A stretch of 64,000 nt of DNA from Hydrolagus affinis (taxonomy: Eukaryota). Made by a program: the position numbers and the translations under genes. This document shows positions 61,511 to 64,000 of this stretch, in pieces (the first letter of the stretch is position 1; the number at the start of each line of letters is the position of its first letter). The notes beneath the pieces were generated by a model. It searched no databases and was not told the origin of the DNA. It worked only from the letters and a program-made list of their open reading frames with translations. The DNA is taken from the NCBI GenBank assembly GCA_012026655.1, contig JAAILG010000537.1, positions 1 through 64,000 on the forward strand, read 5' to 3'.

Positions 61511-64000
61511 CTGAAAGAGACAACGGACAGACGTTGATGTGATGCATTCACATGTCAAAAAACATCTGGACTGGAGACATGCACCGTATGCAGCTCACAC
61601 AGCTGTAGCTATTGGTAATGCTGGGACACTGATGTTTCATCACCTGAACAGCCTGTATTGCTCACGAACATCAGCTTGTGTGCAAGGAGAATGCAGAGAA
61701 CTTATGGCTGCATTTGGAAAACAAATAAACAGAAAGGCACAAGCCAGAGTGTAGTGAACCTAACCAGTGTATTACAGTGTAGGTAACACAAAGTAAAATG
61801 GCATTTAATCTATGTAAGTAGGGTGTGTGTGTGAGAGCCAGATTTGAGAAATTAATGAGGCCTCAATAGCAGACTGCTGCGCTTTATTCTGCATTGATTT
61901 TTTTTAGCATTAGTGTTGAGATTAGTGTCAGGGTAACATTAAAAGTAGTTACTTTCTGGGTAAGTGATTAATACTAGGGTCAAAGTCCCATTATTTTTCC
62001 ACAGTACTTACTGTATAATAAGCATGCATCTCCACCTACAAATATTCTCCAGATGATTCCCTGTCTGTATCCATTGTGCAGATCACCCACTCCATATAAA
62101 ACAAATTCCAAATTGAACCCCGCAGAATGCAATTTGAACAGAGAAAATACTAAGCCATCTATTTCTTATAATGAAAGAGAACAGCCAATTCTGCGGAGAA
62201 AATTACATTTCAGTCTCATTCTTATCTGCAAGTCATTAACTTGTGATAAATGAATTATTGCATCTATTGCTGGAATTAATGCTATTCATAAAGTAACTCT
62301 AAATAGTTTAGAGTGAAGCTGTAATGATTAAAGAGTTCAACGTTTCTATCAAATATTCTCTAAAAACTCATTAAATGTAAACTGCTTCACTCTCTGTAAG
62401 TATATAAAACTGTCTTCTCCTTCAGTAATTTATTACACCATAAGACAGCTCATGGCCTAAACTATTACATGCTTCCAATTAGCTGCTTGCAGCTTTTCTC
62501 TGAAAATTTAATGAGATAACACTGTATAAAGCTGCTGACTTAGATATTGAGCATGGCATTACTATCATAGCATAGTTGAGTAAACCACTCCTCAGCTTCA
62601 CTTTATACATTGTACTTCGTTCGGGTCCCTTTTTTGATACGGTAAGTTTCCTTTGCGCCTTAACTTCAGTTTCGGCCATTCTATATAAAGAAAGCAGGAA
62701 GCTGAAAAAGCCCGCATTCCGTGCATAAGCTGAGGACATGACTTACACAGGGCTTTGTGGCCACTGACAGATTTGCTGACAAGCCGCACATGCAGGTCAC
62801 CATGAATGCAACCCTGAATTCCAAAGCTCGCTCCAACTCAATTTTAATTAAAAGTTTTGTCAAACGCTTATACAGTCGTAAGATTTCAAAAAACGCAAGC
62901 TTACAACTATTGCAAGGGGAGTATTATATTTCCCTCGCCCGCCCGCCCGCCTCTCCCAATATTCCTGCCTGCCTCGGAACACAAGTCTGGCACTGTTATT
63001 GTGAGAATATCCACACGACAATAATACTAAGCGCATAAAAATTAAATCACAGAACAATCTCTCTCCATCATCTAATTGGTGAAAGCCCAGGATTCCCGCC
63101 CGATTAAAGAGTTATCATACTTAAAAAGAATGGAGCTCCTATTTAGGACTTTTTAAAAAAAATGTAGATACAAATGGGGCTTCAAAACATTGAAGGCACC
63201 ACTCATTTTATCAGTAAATATGCTCTCATCTGATGGCAATACTGCTTGTGTCAGTTATACAAACTGTGTCAATATATACAAAAAACTCACTTTACACTAT
63301 ATTCTGTGAAGCGCTTTGAGATGTCTCATTTGAGACATGATAAGGCGCTATATCAAATGCAAGGATTATCATTGTTATTGTTGTGTTTGACAATGGCAGT
63401 TGTGCTTAAATCAGGTGTTTTGCAAGTTACAATGAGAAACGACTTTATTTTGCTGTATGAAGGTACACTATATTGTGAAGAAATTCAGTTTGCTTATTAC
63501 TATGGAGGTATAGCTGCCAGCATTGACACAAGGCTCCCATGGTTCAGTACATAACTCAACCTAGGTATGTTATGAAGTGATAGGAAATGACTCACGGATT
63601 GGCTCCAGTAATTGGTTCAAATGTCTGGGGTGAGTTGCTGCCACTGTCTGTTGGTAGCTCATTGGTACACTGACTAAACTCTGGTGAAGTTTCCATTGAT
63701 GAAGATTTTTGGTTCTGTGGGACAACCAGGCAGGGCACCTGATCAAATAATCCCTGGTGCAAAGTTTGGACAGGCGTGGATATCACTCTATAAAATACAA
63801 TAACTAAAATTATGACCCATTGGAAACTAACCTCACATTATTTAAAACAATTTATGTGGGTGTTATGTGGTGGAAAAACCGAAAGCATGAGAATATTATT
63901 TTCAGGGCAACTCAGCTTCTGAAACTAAACTCGGGTATTATGCTGCTGCTCACTGATAACATCGCAGAAAGCAATCTTAAAACTGCCTTTGTTTAGAAGA

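Overview
Eukaryotic, AT-rich (about 40% GC by eye), repeat-rich vertebrate DNA. The repeat content suggests a cartilaginous fish, possibly a chimaera or elephant shark; this is inference. The window lies inside the 5' half of the CTBP2/RIBEYE gene on the minus strand. Two coding exons are clear. One is the CtBP2 ATG exon (31336-31505, MSLMDKHKVKRQRLDRICE-G). The other is the large RIBEYE A-domain first exon (CDS 13214-14999). Both end in phase 1, as needed to splice onto the shared IRPQIMNGP dehydrogenase-domain exon, which was not found here and should lie left of position 1. There is a candidate 5'UTR exon near 61.3-61.5 kb and a candidate third phase-1 first exon at 25.7-25.85 kb. The rest is intron carrying many copies of a tRNA-headed SINE with an L2-type tail, L2 and CR1 3' fragments, Deu-SINE and LF-SINE-like relics, two DNA-transposon relics, Penelope-like terminal repeats and two 100-N gaps. 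The most interesting non-coding signals are minimal hammerhead-ribozyme motifs in the Penelope-like repeats (one with an intact core on the CTBP2 sense strand at 33294-33330), a CRX/OTX, MAF/NRL and E-box motif cluster upstream of the RIBEYE exon, and an exact 23-bp homeodomain-like direct repeat 700 bp apart. I see no convincing evidence for an entirely new multi-gene system. Almost all short ORFs in the track are repeat-derived or chance.
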